Shown: positions 1 to 10,311, counted from the first letter of the stretch. The stretch: DNA of 64,000 nucleotides from an uncultured Candidatus Rokubacteria bacterium (GCA_963747235.1 CAVVEU010000020.1:96001-160000); one strand, 5' to 3'. The notes: generated by a model not told the origin, from the letters alone. Numbers and translations are program-made.

Positions 1-836
1 AGGAGGTCCAGCGGATCGGCCGCTTGATCTGCTTGGTCGCCCAGGTGCAGACCGTCTCCTCGTTGTAGAGGAAGATCTTGGAGCCGAAGGCCGCCGCCCA
101 CGTCGGGCGCGATCACCCGCACCTTGTGCTCGGGGATGCCCAGCACGAACGCGGTCATGAGCAGCCGGTGCACGTGCGGGTTCTGCGAGGTGACCCAGAG
201 CGTCCAGTCGCCGGTGGAATCGTCGTAGCGCGCCACGCAGGCCCGCGGCTCCATGGCATTGGCCACCAGGCGCTGGTTGATGATCCGCTTCTTCACGACG
301 ACCGGCGCCGCCTTGAAGGCGGCCTCGGTGGCCGCCGCGTCGCCGATCTGCCACTTGAAGGCCTCGTTGCTCGGGGCCACCTCGTGGATCTGCGGCGAGC
401 CCTTGGCGGCCGCCTTCTCGGTGTCCGTCACCGAGGGCAGGACTTCCCAGTCCACCACCACCATCTCGGCCGCGTCGCTCGCCGCCGACTGGCTCTCCGC
501 GATCACGATGGCCACCGGGTCCCCCACGTAGCGGGCGGCGTCGGAGGCGAGCGGCATGTGGGCCGGGATCTTCAGCTCGGGCAGGAGCCAGCCGCAGGGC
601 AGCGAGTTCACCCCGGTCATGTCCTTGCCGGTGAAGATCGCCACGACGCCCGGCGCCTTCGACGCCTTGGCGATGTCGATCTTGCGGATCTTCGCGTTGG
701 CGTGCGGGCTGCGCACGAAGAACGCGTGGGTCATGCCGGCCAGCTTCAGGTCGTCGGTGTAGTTGCCCTTGCCGGTGATGAACCGGGGATCCTCACGTCG
801 TTTGATGCTCGCGCCGAGCAGCCGGGCGGTGGCCAT
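1..836 (-). CDS. coxL: Xanthine dehydrogenase/CO dehydrogenase family molybdopterin-binding large subunit (N-terminal part; runs off window start)
   Basis: Manual translation from ATG at 836: [30 protein letters not shown]...RSPHANA...NAMEPRAC...SQNPH...[13 protein letters not shown], typical CoxL/XdhB motifs; directly follows a coxS-like gene. Missing from the ORF track because no stop lies in the window. Confidence 0.85.
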   Translation of the reverse strand, partial: MATARLLGASIKRREDPRFITGKGNYTDDLKLAGMTHAFFVRSPHANAKIRKIDIAKASKAPGVVAIFTGKDMTGVNSLPCGWLLPELKIPAHMPLASDAARYVGDPVAIVIAESQSAASDAAEMVVVDWEVLPSVTDTEKAAAKGSPQIHEVAPSNEAFKWQIGDAAATEAAFKAAPVVVKKRIINQRLVANAMEPRACVARYDDSTGDWTLWVTSQNPHVHRLLMTAFVLGIPEHKVRVIAPDVGGGLRLQDLPLQRGDGLHLGDQADQAADPLDL

Positions 837-845
837 GGTCGCGCC

Positions 846-1319
846 TCACTTCCCCGCCATCTTCTCGGCGGCGTACTGGATGGCCTTGACGATGTTGTGG
901 TAGCCGGTGCAGCGGCACAGGTTGCCTTCCAGATCGTGGCGGATCTGCGCCTCGGTCGGCCGCGGGTTGCGCTGCAGCATCTGGTGGGCGGACATGATCA
1001 TGCCCGGCGTGCAGAAGCCGCACTGCAGGCCATGCTTCTCCCAGAAGGCGTCCTGGATCGGGTGGAGCTTGCCGTCCTTGGCGAGCCCCTCGATCGTGAG
1101 GACCTGGGCGCCGTCGCACTGCACCGCGAGCAGCGTGCACGACTTCACGGCCACGCCGTTGACGTGCACCGTACAGGCGCCGCACTGGCTCGTGTCGCAC
1201 CCGACGTGCGTGCCGGTCAGGCCCGCCTGCTCCCGGATGTAGTGCACGAGCAGCAGCCGCGGCTCGACTTCGTGGGACTGGGGAGCACCGTTGATCGTCA
1301 TCGACACGGTCTTTTTCAC
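846..1319 (-). CDS. coxS: (2Fe-2S)-binding small subunit, CoxS/CutS family
   Basis: C-terminal part of ORF 846..3056: [12 protein letters not shown]...[19 protein letters not shown]; GTG start at 1319 with AGGAGG RBS. Confidence 0.93.
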   Translation of the reverse strand: MKKTVSMTINGAPQSHEVEPRLLLVHYIREQAGLTGTHVGCDTSQCGACTVHVNGVAVKSCTLLAVQCDGAQVLTIEGLAKDGKLHPIQDAFWEKHGLQCGFCTPGMIMSAHQMLQRNPRPTEAQIRHDLEGNLCRCTGYHNIVKAIQYAAEKMAGK

Positions 1320-1368
1320 CGCGCAACCTCCTGAGTGATAAGGGTCCGAGGCCGGGAAAGCGCCCCCA

Positions 1369-1397
1369 ACCGTATGCCGGGCCGGGGACGGTGTCAA
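1369..1397 (-). promoter_or_regulatory. Sigma70-type promoter for coxS-coxL
   Basis: TTGACA (1397-1392), 17-nt spacer, TACGGT (1374-1369) on the minus strand, overlapping the larC stop. Confidence 0.6.
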
Positions 1398-2581
1398 GGG
1401 GTGGTGAGGAGTCGCCGGCCCTCGACGCGCGCCTGCTCGAGCACCTCCCGCACCGGGAGGCCTCGGTCCCGCGCGATGCGGCGCACTTCCTCGAATTCCG
1501 GGGTGACCGTGACCACCCGGCCCTCGAGCCGGGAGACCTTGAAGGTCACCGGCCCGTAGGCGGTGTCCAGACGCACCATCTCGCGCTCGAGGCGGCTGCG
1601 CTGGTACGCGGTCCAGCGCACGCCGATGGTGGAGGACTCCTCGAAGAGGAGCCGCGAGAGGTCGGCGACCCGCCCCGGCTCGCAGAGGGCGGTCAGGACC
1701 ACGCCCGGGCGGCTGCGCTTCATGATGACCGGGGTGAGCCAGACGTCCAGCGCGCCGGCCTCGAGGAGCCGCTCCAGCAGGGGCTCGTAGAGCTGGGGCG
1801 ACATGTCGTCCACGGTGGTCTCGACCTGCATGATGGTCTCGGTGGGCGTGGCCCCTGCGGCTGCCTCGGCCTCGCCCAGGAAGAGCCGCAGCACGTTGGG
1901 CGTCTGGAGATCCATGGTGCCGGCGCCGTAACCGACCGCGGTCACTCGCATGGCCGGCATCGTCCCGGCTCCCACCGCGAGCGTCGTGAGGATCGCGGCC
2001 CCGGTCGGGGTGACCAGCTCGCGGCGGATGCCGGTGTCGAGCGTCGGGAAGCCCTTGAGCAGCTCGGCGGTGGCGGGGCCGGGTACCGGCATGCGGCCGT
2101 GCGGGCCCTCCACGAAGCCGCCGCCCACCGGCAGGGCGCTCACGTGCACGGCGTCCACGCCGAGCAGGTGGAGGCCGATGCACGCGCCGGTGACGTCCAC
2201 GATGGCGTCCACCGCGCCCACGTCGTGGAACTGCACGCGCTCCGGCGTGGTGCCGTGCACCCGCGCCTCCGCCTCGGCCAGGCGCTGGAAGATGCGCGAG
2301 GCCATGTCCCGCACCGCCGGCGCCAGGCGGCTGCGCTCCAGGATGTCGAGGATCTCGCGGAGCCCGCGATGGCCCGCCTCGTGGTGGCCGAGCGCCACCT
2401 CCACCTTGGTGGCCCGGAAGCCCGCCTTGATGACCTCGCGGCGCTCGAGCCGGTAGCCCTGCACGCCGAGCCCGTCCAGCTCGCGCGCGAGCGCCTCGAA
2501 CGGCGCGCCCGCGTCCACCAGCGCGCCCAGGATCATGTCCCCGGACGCCCCGCTCGGGCAGTCGAAGTAAGCCAGGCGCAT
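1394..2581 (-). CDS. larC: Nickel pincer cofactor biosynthesis protein LarC (nickel insertase)
   Basis: [66 protein letters not shown] motifs. Confidence 0.93.
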   Translation of the reverse strand: MRLAYFDCPSGASGDMILGALVDAGAPFEALARELDGLGVQGYRLERREVIKAGFRATKVEVALGHHEAGHRGLREILDILERSRLAPAVRDMASRIFQRLAEAEARVHGTTPERVQFHDVGAVDAIVDVTGACIGLHLLGVDAVHVSALPVGGGFVEGPHGRMPVPGPATAELLKGFPTLDTGIRRELVTPTGAAILTTLAVGAGTMPAMRVTAVGYGAGTMDLQTPNVLRLFLGEAEAAAGATPTETIMQVETTVDDMSPQLYEPLLERLLEAGALDVWLTPVIMKRSRPGVVLTALCEPGRVADLSRLLFEESSTIGVRWTAYQRSRLEREMVRLDTAYGPVTFKVSRLEGRVVTVTPEFEEVRRIARDRGLPVREVLEQARVEGRRLLTTP

Positions 2582-2587
2582 GCGGGG

Positions 2588-3346
2588 TTAGCGGAGCTTG
2601 GAGGCGAGCTTGTTGATCTGGTTCGCCTGCGCGGCGGCCCCGTAGCCGTTGTCGATGTTGACGACGGAGACACCGGGGGCGCAGGAGTTCAGCATGGCGA
2701 GCAGCGCGGCCACGCCGCCGAAGGAGGCGCCGTAGCCCACGCTGGTGGGCACCGCGATCACCGGGCGATCCACCAGCCCGCCGAGCACGCTCGGGAGCGC
2801 GCCTTCCATGCCGGCCACCGCGATGATGGCGTTGGCCTCGTTGAGGCGGTCCAGATGCGGCACCAGCCGGTGGAGACCCGCCACGCCGCAGTCGAACACC
2901 CGCTCGACATGGTTGCCCATCGCCTCCGCGGTGACCGCGGCCTCCTCGGCCACCGGCTGATCGGAGGTGCCCGCGCTGACGACCACGATGAGCCCGACGC
3001 CCTCGCGCGCCACCGGCTTGATCACGACGAGGCGCGCGGCCTCGTGCACCTGGCACGGCAGCCCGCTCGCGAGCAGCGCGACCACCACCGCGGGCTCGGC
3101 GCGCGTGGCGAGCACGTTGTCGTGCGCCTCGGCGAGCCGCCGGACGATCGCCACCACCTGCTCCGGCGTCTTGCCCTGGCAGAAGACGGCCTCGGGTACG
3201 CCGTGCCGCAGCGAGCGGTGGAGATCCACGCGGGCGAAGCGCAGGTCCTCGACCGGCAGCGCGCGGAGGCGGGCCAGCGCCTGATCGGGCGCCATCGCGC
3301 CGGCCGCGACGGCCTCCAGCAGCGCTCTTACTTTTTCCCGATCCAC
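2588..3346 (-). CDS. larB: Nickel pincer cofactor biosynthesis protein LarB (PurE-like carboxylase/hydrolase)
   Basis: C-terminal 252 aa of ORF 2588..5167: [75 protein letters not shown]; GTG at 3346. Confidence 0.93.
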   Translation of the reverse strand: MDREKVRALLEAVAAGAMAPDQALARLRALPVEDLRFARVDLHRSLRHGVPEAVFCQGKTPEQVVAIVRRLAEAHDNVLATRAEPAVVVALLASGLPCQVHEAARLVVIKPVAREGVGLIVVVSAGTSDQPVAEEAAVTAEAMGNHVERVFDCGVAGLHRLVPHLDRLNEANAIIAVAGMEGALPSVLGGLVDRPVIAVPTSVGYGASFGGVAALLAMLNSCAPGVSVVNIDNGYGAAAQANQINKLASKLR

Positions 3347-4161
3347 TTCAGTGCCTCGTTGGCGCTGCCGCTGCGGAAGCCCTGCAGGTCGAGCGTGACG
3401 TAGAGATAGCCCAGCTCGCGGAAGCGCCGGACGATCGCGCCGTGCCGGTCCTCCTCCCAGAGGCGCGGCATCTCCTCCGGCACCAGCTCGAGGCGGGCCA
3501 GGCGGTCGTGATGGCGCACCCGGAACTGGCGGAAGCCCAGGCTCCGCACGAAGGACTCCGCGTCGTCGATGCGGCGGAGCTTCTCGGCGGTGATGGGGTC
3601 GCCGTACTGGAAGCGGGACGAGAGGCACGCGAAGGAGGGCTTGTCCCAGGTCGGCAGCCCGAGCTCCTTCGAGAGCGCCCGGATCTCCTCCTTCCAGAGC
3701 GCGGCTTCGATGAGCGGGGCGCGCACGCCGCGCGCTTCCGCGGCCTTCATGCCGGGCCGGTGATCGCCCAGGTCGTCCATGTTGGCGCCGTAGATGACCT
3801 GCGCGGTGCCCGCGGCCTGCGCGATCGGCTCGAGCCGCGTGAAGAGCTCCTCCTTGCAGTGGAAGCACCGGTCGGGCGCGTTCCGCGCGTACTCCGGCCG
3901 GTCGAGCTCGCGGGTGCGGATGACCTCCTGGCGCATGCCGAGCAGGGCGGCCAGCCGCCGCGTCTCCTCGAGCTCGGCGGCCGGGTAGGTCTCGGAGTCG
4001 GCGGTCACCAGGGTCGCGCCGTCGCCGAGGGCGTCCTTGGCGGCCCGCGCGAGGAAGGTCGAGTCCACGCCGCCGGAGAAGGCCACGATCACGCGGGTCA
4101 TCCCGCGCAGGAGGTCCACCAGCCGATCGTACTTGGCGTCGAGCGTGGTCTGATCCGCCAT
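3328..4161 (-). CDS. larE: ATP-dependent sulfur transferase LarE
   Basis: PP-loop [56 protein letters not shown]. Confidence 0.93.
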   Translation of the reverse strand: MADQTTLDAKYDRLVDLLRGMTRVIVAFSGGVDSTFLARAAKDALGDGATLVTADSETYPAAELEETRRLAALLGMRQEVIRTRELDRPEYARNAPDRCFHCKEELFTRLEPIAQAAGTAQVIYGANMDDLGDHRPGMKAAEARGVRAPLIEAALWKEEIRALSKELGLPTWDKPSFACLSSRFQYGDPITAEKLRRIDDAESFVRSLGFRQFRVRHHDRLARLELVPEEMPRLWEEDRHGAIVRRFRELGYLYVTLDLQGFRSGSANEALKWIGKK

Positions 4162-4170
4162 CGCGTGCCC

Positions 4171-5167
4171 CTACCCGAGAATCGATCCCGCGAGCTGCGC
4201 CAGCGGCACCATCGGCCGCGCGCCCACGTGCGCGATGACCTCCGCGGCGGCCAGCGAGCCGAGACGCCCGCACGTCGGCAGGTCGAGGCCCTGGCTGAGC
4301 CCGTAGAGCACACCGGCCGCGTAGAGATCGCCCGCGCCCGTCGTGTCCACCACCGCGGTGACCGGGTGCACGGCCACCGGGTGCGCCCGGCCCCTGCCCA
4401 GGATCACCGAGCCCTTCTCGCTCCGGGTGAGCGCGGCGATCTCGCAGTGCCCGCGCACGCGCGGCCAGCGCTCCGTCGAAGTCGCCGACCTCGTACAGCG
4501 CGCAGATCTCCGCCTCGTTGGCGAAGAGGATGTCCACGTGATGCTCGACCAGGTCGAGGAAGGCCTTGCGGTGCCGCCCCACGCAGAAGGGATCCGACAG
4601 CGTGAGCGAGACCTTGCGGCCGGCGGCGTGCGCGATGGCCGCCGCGGCCCGGAACGCCTCCTGGGCCTCGGGCGGATCGAAGAGGTAGCCCTCGAGGTAG
4701 AGGATCTTGCCACGCGTGATCAGTCCCTCGTCGATGTCGGCGGGGCCGAGCCGCACCGACGCGCCGAGGAACGTGCTCATGGTGCGCTGGGCGTCGGGCG
4801 TGACCAGGATGAGGCAGCGCCCGGTGGGCGGGCCGTCGGTGGCGCGCGGCGTGTCGTAGCCCACGCCGGTGGCGCGCAGGTCGTGCCCGAACACCTCGCC
4901 GAGCTGGTCGTCGCGGACCTTGCCGACGTAGTGCGCGCGCCCGCCGAAGGACGCCACGCCGACCACCGTGTTGGCGGCCGAGCCCCCCGACATCTCGATC
5001 CCGGGCCCCATCGCGTCGTAGAGCTCGCGGGCGCGCGGCTCGTCCACCAGGTGCATGGTCCCCTTGGCCAGGCCCTGGCGCGCGAGGAACCCGTCCTCCG
5101 CGTGGGTCAGCACGTCCACCAGCGCGTTGCCGATGCCGACGACGTCGAGCTCGCCTCGATCAGCCAC
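4171..5167 (-). CDS. PfkB family adenosine kinase-like sugar/nucleoside kinase (frameshift near 4465)
   Basis: GIGNALVD, GGSAANT, LYLEGYL, LFANEAE in one frame; DTTGAGDLYAAG in ORF 4171..4713. Confidence 0.88.
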
Positions 5168-6071
5168 GGCGTCCCTTGCCCTTCGGCGGGAAGTAGCGAT
5201 CGAGCAGCAGGCCGAGCCGCTTGCGGGTGCGCGGCGGGAACGCCTTCGGAGAGGTGATCACCGCGCTGGCGAGCGCGTCGCCGCAGCCCGCGCCGCAGGT
5301 CTTGCCCACCCGCGGGATGACGCGCTTGAGCACGACCTTCGCGGTGGCCACGTTCTTCTGCAGGTTGGCCACGACCGCCTCCACCGTCACCGCCGCGTGG
5401 CTCTCGTGCCACACGTCGTAGTCGGTGGCGAGCGCCAGCGTGGCGTAGCAGAGCTCGGCCTCGCGGGCCAGCTTGGCCTCCGGCATGTTGGTCATCCCGA
5501 TCACCGACACGCCCCACCGGCGGTAGATCTGCGACTCGCCCTTGGTGGAGAACTGCGGCCCCTCGATGCAGATGTAGGTGCCGCCGCGGTGCACCCGCGC
5601 GCCCGCCTCCCGGCTCCCGGTCTCGAGCAGGTCGCCCAGCGCCGGGCAGACCGGCTCGGCCATGCCGACGTGGCCGACGATGCCGTCGCCGAAGAAGGTC
5701 GAGACGCGGCGCTTGGTGTGATCGTAGAACTGGTCGGGGATCACGAGATCCAGCGGGTGGATCTCCTCCTTCATGCTGCCGACCGCGCTCACCGAGATGA
5801 TCCACCGGACGCCCAGGGCCTTGAGCCCGTAGATATTGGCGCGGTAGTTGATCTCGCTGGGCGTGACCCGGTGGCCGCGGCCGTGGCGCGGCAGGAAGAT
5901 CACGCGGCGGTCGCCGAGCCGGCCCGTGCAGTAGGCGTCCGACGGATCGCCGAACGGCGTGCGCACGCGCACCCAGCGGAGGTCCTCGATCCCCTCCATC
6001 TCGTAGAGCCCGCTGCCTCCGATGATGCCCAGCGCGGGCTCGCCGCCCGCCTCGGCCCTGGCCGCGCTCAT
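5160..6071 (-). CDS. mtnP: S-methyl-5'-thioadenosine phosphorylase
   Basis: GIIGGSGLY, TPFGDPS, LPRHGRGH, EGPQFST, IGMTNMPEAKLAREAELCY, ATDYDVW at the end of ORF 5160..8501. Confidence 0.92.
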   Translation of the reverse strand: MSAARAEAGGEPALGIIGGSGLYEMEGIEDLRWVRVRTPFGDPSDAYCTGRLGDRRVIFLPRHGRGHRVTPSEINYRANIYGLKALGVRWIISVSAVGSMKEEIHPLDLVIPDQFYDHTKRRVSTFFGDGIVGHVGMAEPVCPALGDLLETGSREAGARVHRGGTYICIEGPQFSTKGESQIYRRWGVSVIGMTNMPEAKLAREAELCYATLALATDYDVWHESHAAVTVEAVVANLQKNVATAKVVLKRVIPRVGKTCGAGCGDALASAVITSPKAFPPRTRKRLGLLLDRYFPPKGKGRRG

Positions 6072-7394
6072 GCGCCGATCTCCTCGAGAACCCCGTGGGT
6101 GCGGTCCGCGCGGGCCTCCGTGATCGTGAGCGGCACGACCCGGCGGCCGAGCGTGTCGGGGCCTTCGAAGAGCACCTCGACGTAGTTGTCGGTGAGGCCC
6201 GCGAGGAGCCCGGTGCGCCGATCGCGCGCGGCGAGCACCGTCGCCTCGCGCCGGCGGCCGACCAGCCCGCGGCGGAAGGCCAGGCTCTTCCGGGCGCCCA
6301 GCCGGCGCAGCCGCCCGCTCCGCTCGTGGATCACCGCCGGCGCCACGTGATCGGGCCGGCGCGCCGCCTCGGTCCCGGTCCGGTCCGAGTAGGCGAAGAC
6401 GTGGAGCGACGAGAACGGCAGCGCCTCGACGAAGCGCATCGTCGCCTCGAAGTCCTCCGCGGTCTCGCCCGGATGTCCCACGATGACGTCGGCGCCGAGG
6501 CCCAGGTCTGGAATCGCGGCGGCGAGCCGGTCCACCAGGGCCCGGTACATGGCGGTGTGGTAGGGCCGCCGCATCAGGCGCAGCACGCGATCGCTCCCGC
6601 TCTGGAGCGGCAGGTGCAGGTGCGGCGCCATCACCGGCAGTGTCGTCACCGCGTCGAACAGCTCGGGCGTGAAGTAGGACGGCAGCACCGAGGAGAGCCG
6701 CAGCCGGCGGAGTCCGTCCACCTCCGCGAGCTCCCGGAGCAGCGCGGCCAGCGTGGTGCGCGGGTAGCAATCCCAGCCGTAGTGGCCGATGTCCACCCCG
6801 GTGAGCGTGACGTCGAGGTAGCCGGCGGCCACGAGGGTCCGCACCTGGTCGAGCGCGACCTTGGGCTCCTGGCTCCGGCTCCGCCCGCGCGCGGCCGGCA
6901 CGATGCAGAAGGCGCAGCGGTGCTGGCAGCCGTCCTGGATCTTCACGAAGCCGCGCGAGCGGCCGGCCACCCGGCGCGACGGGCGCGATCGGGATCTCGC
7001 GCGCTCCGCCGATGTCGGCCACCGCCACCTCGGGCCGCGCCCGCCTGGTGAGCGAGCCGAGCAGCTCGGGCAGGCGGTACTTCTCCTGGTTGCCCACGAC
7101 CAGGTCCACCCCGGCGATCGCGGCGACCGCCCGCGGGTCGGTCTGAGCGAAGCAGCCGGTCACGACCAGATAGGCGTCCGGGTTCTCGCGGGCGACGCGG
7201 CGGATGAGCTGGCGATCGGAGAAGTCCGCGCGCCCGGTCACGGTGCAGGTGTTGATCACGTACACCTGCGCGGCGGCCTCGGGCTCGACGACCCGGAAGC
7301 CGCGCCCTTCCAGCAGCGCGCCGATCTCCCGGGACTCGACCTGGTTGAGGCGGCAGCCGAGGGTGGCCAGCGCCACCGTCACCGGCGCGGTCAT
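6068..7394 (-). CDS. mtaB: tRNA t6A37 methylthiotransferase MtaB (frameshift near 6975)
   Basis: TLGCRLNQVES and INTCTVT (UPF0004 domain), VKIQDGCQHRCAFC radical SAM motif, HLPLQSGSD, DVIVGHPGET, GLTDNY tail. Confidence 0.88.
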
Positions 7395-8428
7395 GCCGGG
7401 ACCGTCGCCTCGCGGAGCTGGCCGCAGGCGGCGCCGATGTCCTCGCCCTTGCTCCACCGGACCGTCGCCCGGATGCCGTGCTCGAGCAGCACGGTCTGGA
7501 AGTCGAGGATCCGCGCCATCGGAGGCCGCGCGAAGCTCGAGCCCTCCCAGTCGTTGAACGGGATCAGGTTGATCTTGCCGCGGATGCCCTTGAGCAGCTT
7601 GACCAGGCGGCGCGCGTCCTCGACCGAGTCGTTGACGTCCTCGAGCAGCACGTACTCGAAGGTCATGCGCTGGCGGAACGGCAGCGGGAAGCGGCGGCAC
7701 GCGGCGAGCAATTCCTCGATCGCGAAGCCCTTGTTGACCGGCATGATCCGGTCGCGGATCTCGTTGCTGGTGGCGTGGAGCGAGACCGCCAGGTTGACCC
7801 GGAGGTTCTCCTTGGCCAGCCGCTCGATGCCGGTCACGAGCCCCACCGTGGAGACCGTGATGCGCCGGGGCGAGAAGGCGAAGGCCTGCGGGTCGGTCAG
7901 CAGGCGCAGCGACTTCACGGTGGCGGTGTAGTTGGCGAGGGGCTCGCCCATGCCCATGTAGACGATGTGGGTGATCCGGAGGCCCGCGGCCAGCCCCTCG
8001 CGGGCCGCCATCACCTGGCCCACGATCTCCCCGGCGCTCAGGTTGCGCTCGAGGCCCATCGTGCCGGTGTAGCAGAAGGCGCACGCGAAGCCGCAGCCGA
8101 CCTGGGTGGAGACGCAGAGCGTGAGCCGATCCGCGTCCGGCATCAGCACCGCCTGGACGCGCGCGCCGTCGCCGTAGCGGAGCACGAGCTTCTGGCTGCC
8201 GTCCTGCGACGGGGTGCGCCGCTCGACCTCGGGCACGCCCACGCTCCCCCACGCGGCCAGGGCGGCGCGGAAGTCCTTGGGCAGGTCGGTCATCGCGTCC
8301 AGATCGGTCACGCCCTTGACGAAGATCCACTGGGCGAGCTGGCGCCCCCGATAGCGCGGGGCGCCCAGGGTCTGGGCCAGCTCCTCCATCTCCGTGGGTG
8401 ACAGATCGAGTAGATTCGTCGAGGACAT
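7391..8428 (-). CDS. rlmN: 23S rRNA/tRNA adenine C2-methyltransferase RlmN
   Basis: CVSTQVGCGFACAFCYTG, MGMGEP, ITVSTVG, SLHA, FEYVLL, NLIPFN, DIGAACGQL; likely start MSSTNLLDL at 8428. Confidence 0.95.
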   Translation of the reverse strand: MSSTNLLDLSPTEMEELAQTLGAPRYRGRQLAQWIFVKGVTDLDAMTDLPKDFRAALAAWGSVGVPEVERRTPSQDGSQKLVLRYGDGARVQAVLMPDADRLTLCVSTQVGCGFACAFCYTGTMGLERNLSAGEIVGQVMAAREGLAAGLRITHIVYMGMGEPLANYTATVKSLRLLTDPQAFAFSPRRITVSTVGLVTGIERLAKENLRVNLAVSLHATSNEIRDRIMPVNKGFAIEELLAACRRFPLPFRQRMTFEYVLLEDVNDSVEDARRLVKLLKGIRGKINLIPFNDWEGSSFARPPMARILDFQTVLLEHGIRATVRWSKGEDIGAACGQLREATVPA

Positions 8429-8486
8429 ACGCAACGCTGGATGATAGCACACGCGTGCGCGCCCTACCCGGCGCCGCGCCGTCAAC

Positions 8487-8710
8487 CGATCGGCGCGACA
8501 ACGTCGCGCCGGATCGTTGTGCATGGGACAGAAGTGGAACTCACACGCACAATCGGGTAAATGATTACCCGGAAGCGAGCCTTGTCCAATCCCCAAGAAC
8601 GGTGAATGCTTCGTGGATAACCCGGTGGGCTCGTCCGGCTCTCGCACACGATTTCGCGCACTAGGAGCGAGTCGCCTTCTTTCGAGGCACTCGGGACTGA
8701 ACGGCGATTC
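8487..8710 (+). ncRNA. Candidate structured non-coding RNA (five tandem hairpins), family unknown
   Basis: Lower-GC intergenic stretch with consecutive inverted repeats whose imperfect pairs are mostly G-U on the + strand; no match recognised by eye to 6S, SRP, tmRNA or RNase P. Confidence 0.3.
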
Positions 8711-8716
8711 GGTTGC

Positions 8717-10216
8717 CTACCTGAGCGTTGCCTCGTGGAACAGCATCCACTGATCGCCGCGGGGCGTCCACGTCACGCGGTCGCGCGAGGCGTAGATGTC
8801 CACCTGCTGCATGAGGAAGACCCACGTGGCATCCTCGACCATCGCGCGCGCCAGGTCCGCGTAGATCTTCTTGCGCCGGGCGGGGTCCATGGTGGAGCGG
8901 CCCGCGTCGAAGAGCGCGTCCACCTTCTCGTTCTTGTAGTAGAGGCCGCGGCCCTTCGATGACACCAGGTTGTAGAGCTCGTCGCCGTCCTGCATCGGCC
9001 CGCCGAGCCCGAGCAGGTAGGCGTCCTGGAACTGCTTGCCGAGATAGCGCTTGAAGTAGGCGCCCCACTCCGCCACCTGCACGCGCGGCTTGAAGCCCGC
9101 CTTCTGCCACTGGCCGCCCAGCGCCTCCGCGATCTCCTTGTCGCCCTGGTAGCGGCCCGCGGGCGCCTCCAGCGTGATCTCGACGCCGTCCGGGTAGCCG
9201 GCTTCCGCGAGCAGGCGGCGGGCTCGCGCCGGATCCGGCCCGTAGCCGCGGACGGAGGCGTCGAAGCCGAACATCTGCGGCGTGAAGGGCCCCGCCATGC
9301 GGCGCCCGTTGCCGTCGAGCACGCTCTTCACCAGCGCGTCCACGTCGGTCGCGTGGTTGAGCGCCTGGCGCACGCGCACGTCCGAGAGCGGCTTGTTGAA
9401 GGCGTTGAGCCCGAGATAGATGATCCACGTGCTGGGCACGCGCTGCACGCGGAGGCCGCCGACCCGCTCGAGCTCGCCCGCCAGGTTCGGCGGCACCGTG
9501 TCGATCACGTCCACCTCGTTGTTGCGGAGCGCGGCCGAGCGGGTGAAGGGCTCGGGGATGGGCTTGTAGACGATGCGCCGGATCTTCGGAGCGCCCCGCC
9601 AGTGCCGGTCGAAGGCCTCGACGATCAGGTGATCGTCCTTGACCAGCTCCACGAAGCGGAAAGGGCCGGTGCCCACCGGCCGCAGGGCCAGGCCCTGGTT
9701 GCCCTTCTCCGCGGTGTACTTCGGCGGCACGATCGGGAAGTCGATCAGCCGGTTCAGCAGCGGCGCGTAGGGCTGGCGGAGGACGAGGTTGACGGTGGAG
9801 TCGTCCACCACCTCCACCCGCGCGACCTCGCCCACGTTGGCCCGGTTGGGCGATTTCTGATTGGGGTCCAGCACCCGCTCGAAGGTGAAGCGCACCGCGT
9901 CGGCATTGAACGGCTCGCCGTTGTGGAAGACGACCCCGCGGCGCAGCTTGAGCTGGAGCGTCAGGTCGTCGAGCGCCTTCCACGACTCGGCGAGCTGGGG
10001 CGCGATGCGGTTGTCGGCGTCGCGGCCCACCAGGGAATCGAAGATGTTCACGCCCACCTTGGCCCGGATGGACGAGAGGTTCATCGTGGGGTCGAGATTC
10101 TCGGGCGTCCACGGCAGCGCGACCCGGAGCTCGCCCGGGGACTGGGCGCCCGCCGGGCCGGCCGCGTACAGGAGCAGGAGCATCGCGGCCAGCCGCAGCG
10201 GCGCGTGCCTTTTCAT
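8717..10216 (-). CDS. ABC transporter substrate-binding protein, family 5 (DppA/OppA/NikA-like)
   Basis: Signal peptide; PQLAESW, LRRGVVFHNGEPFNADAVRFTF, PVGTGPF, DVRVRQALNHA; no permease genes adjacent. Confidence 0.92.
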   Translation of the reverse strand: MKRHAPLRLAAMLLLLYAAGPAGAQSPGELRVALPWTPENLDPTMNLSSIRAKVGVNIFDSLVGRDADNRIAPQLAESWKALDDLTLQLKLRRGVVFHNGEPFNADAVRFTFERVLDPNQKSPNRANVGEVARVEVVDDSTVNLVLRQPYAPLLNRLIDFPIVPPKYTAEKGNQGLALRPVGTGPFRFVELVKDDHLIVEAFDRHWRGAPKIRRIVYKPIPEPFTRSAALRNNEVDVIDTVPPNLAGELERVGGLRVQRVPSTWIIYLGLNAFNKPLSDVRVRQALNHATDVDALVKSVLDGNGRRMAGPFTPQMFGFDASVRGYGPDPARARRLLAEAGYPDGVEITLEAPAGRYQGDKEIAEALGGQWQKAGFKPRVQVAEWGAYFKRYLGKQFQDAYLLGLGGPMQDGDELYNLVSSKGRGLYYKNEKVDALFDAGRSTMDPARRKKIYADLARAMVEDATWVFLMQQVDIYASRDRVTWTPRGDQWMLFHEATLR

Positions 10217-10281
10217 GCCGCGGAGTCTACCACGCGGGTCGCGGGCCGGGCCCCGCCCCGCCGCCGGCTTTTGTTGCGTCG

Positions 10282-10309
10282 GGAACTTCCGCGCCGCGGT
10301 ATGGTCTTA
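10282..10309 (+). promoter_or_regulatory. Putative ECF (RpoE/AlgU-type) promoter, autoregulatory
   Basis: GGAACTT (10282-10288), 16 nt, TCTTA (10305-10309). Confidence 0.6.
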
Positions 10310-10311
10310 CC

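Noticed and set aside
846-4161. larBCE as maturation genes for the adjacent CoxSL (a Ni-pincer/Mo hybrid enzyme)
   Set aside because: coxS has its own TTGACA-17-TACGGT promoter and RBS, and Mo-hydroxylases have no known NPN requirement; adjacency alone is insufficient.
2588-5167. 859-aa ORF that looks like a PfkB kinase-LarB fusion
   Set aside because: A frameshift near 4465 carries the kinase frame through out-of-frame larE into larB; the middle is Arg/Gly/Pro-rich junk and each gene has its own start.
5160-8501. 1113-aa ORF resembling an MtaB-MtnP fusion
   Set aside because: Chimera of the MtaB N-terminus and MtnP caused by an indel near 6975 and stop-poor GC-rich frames.
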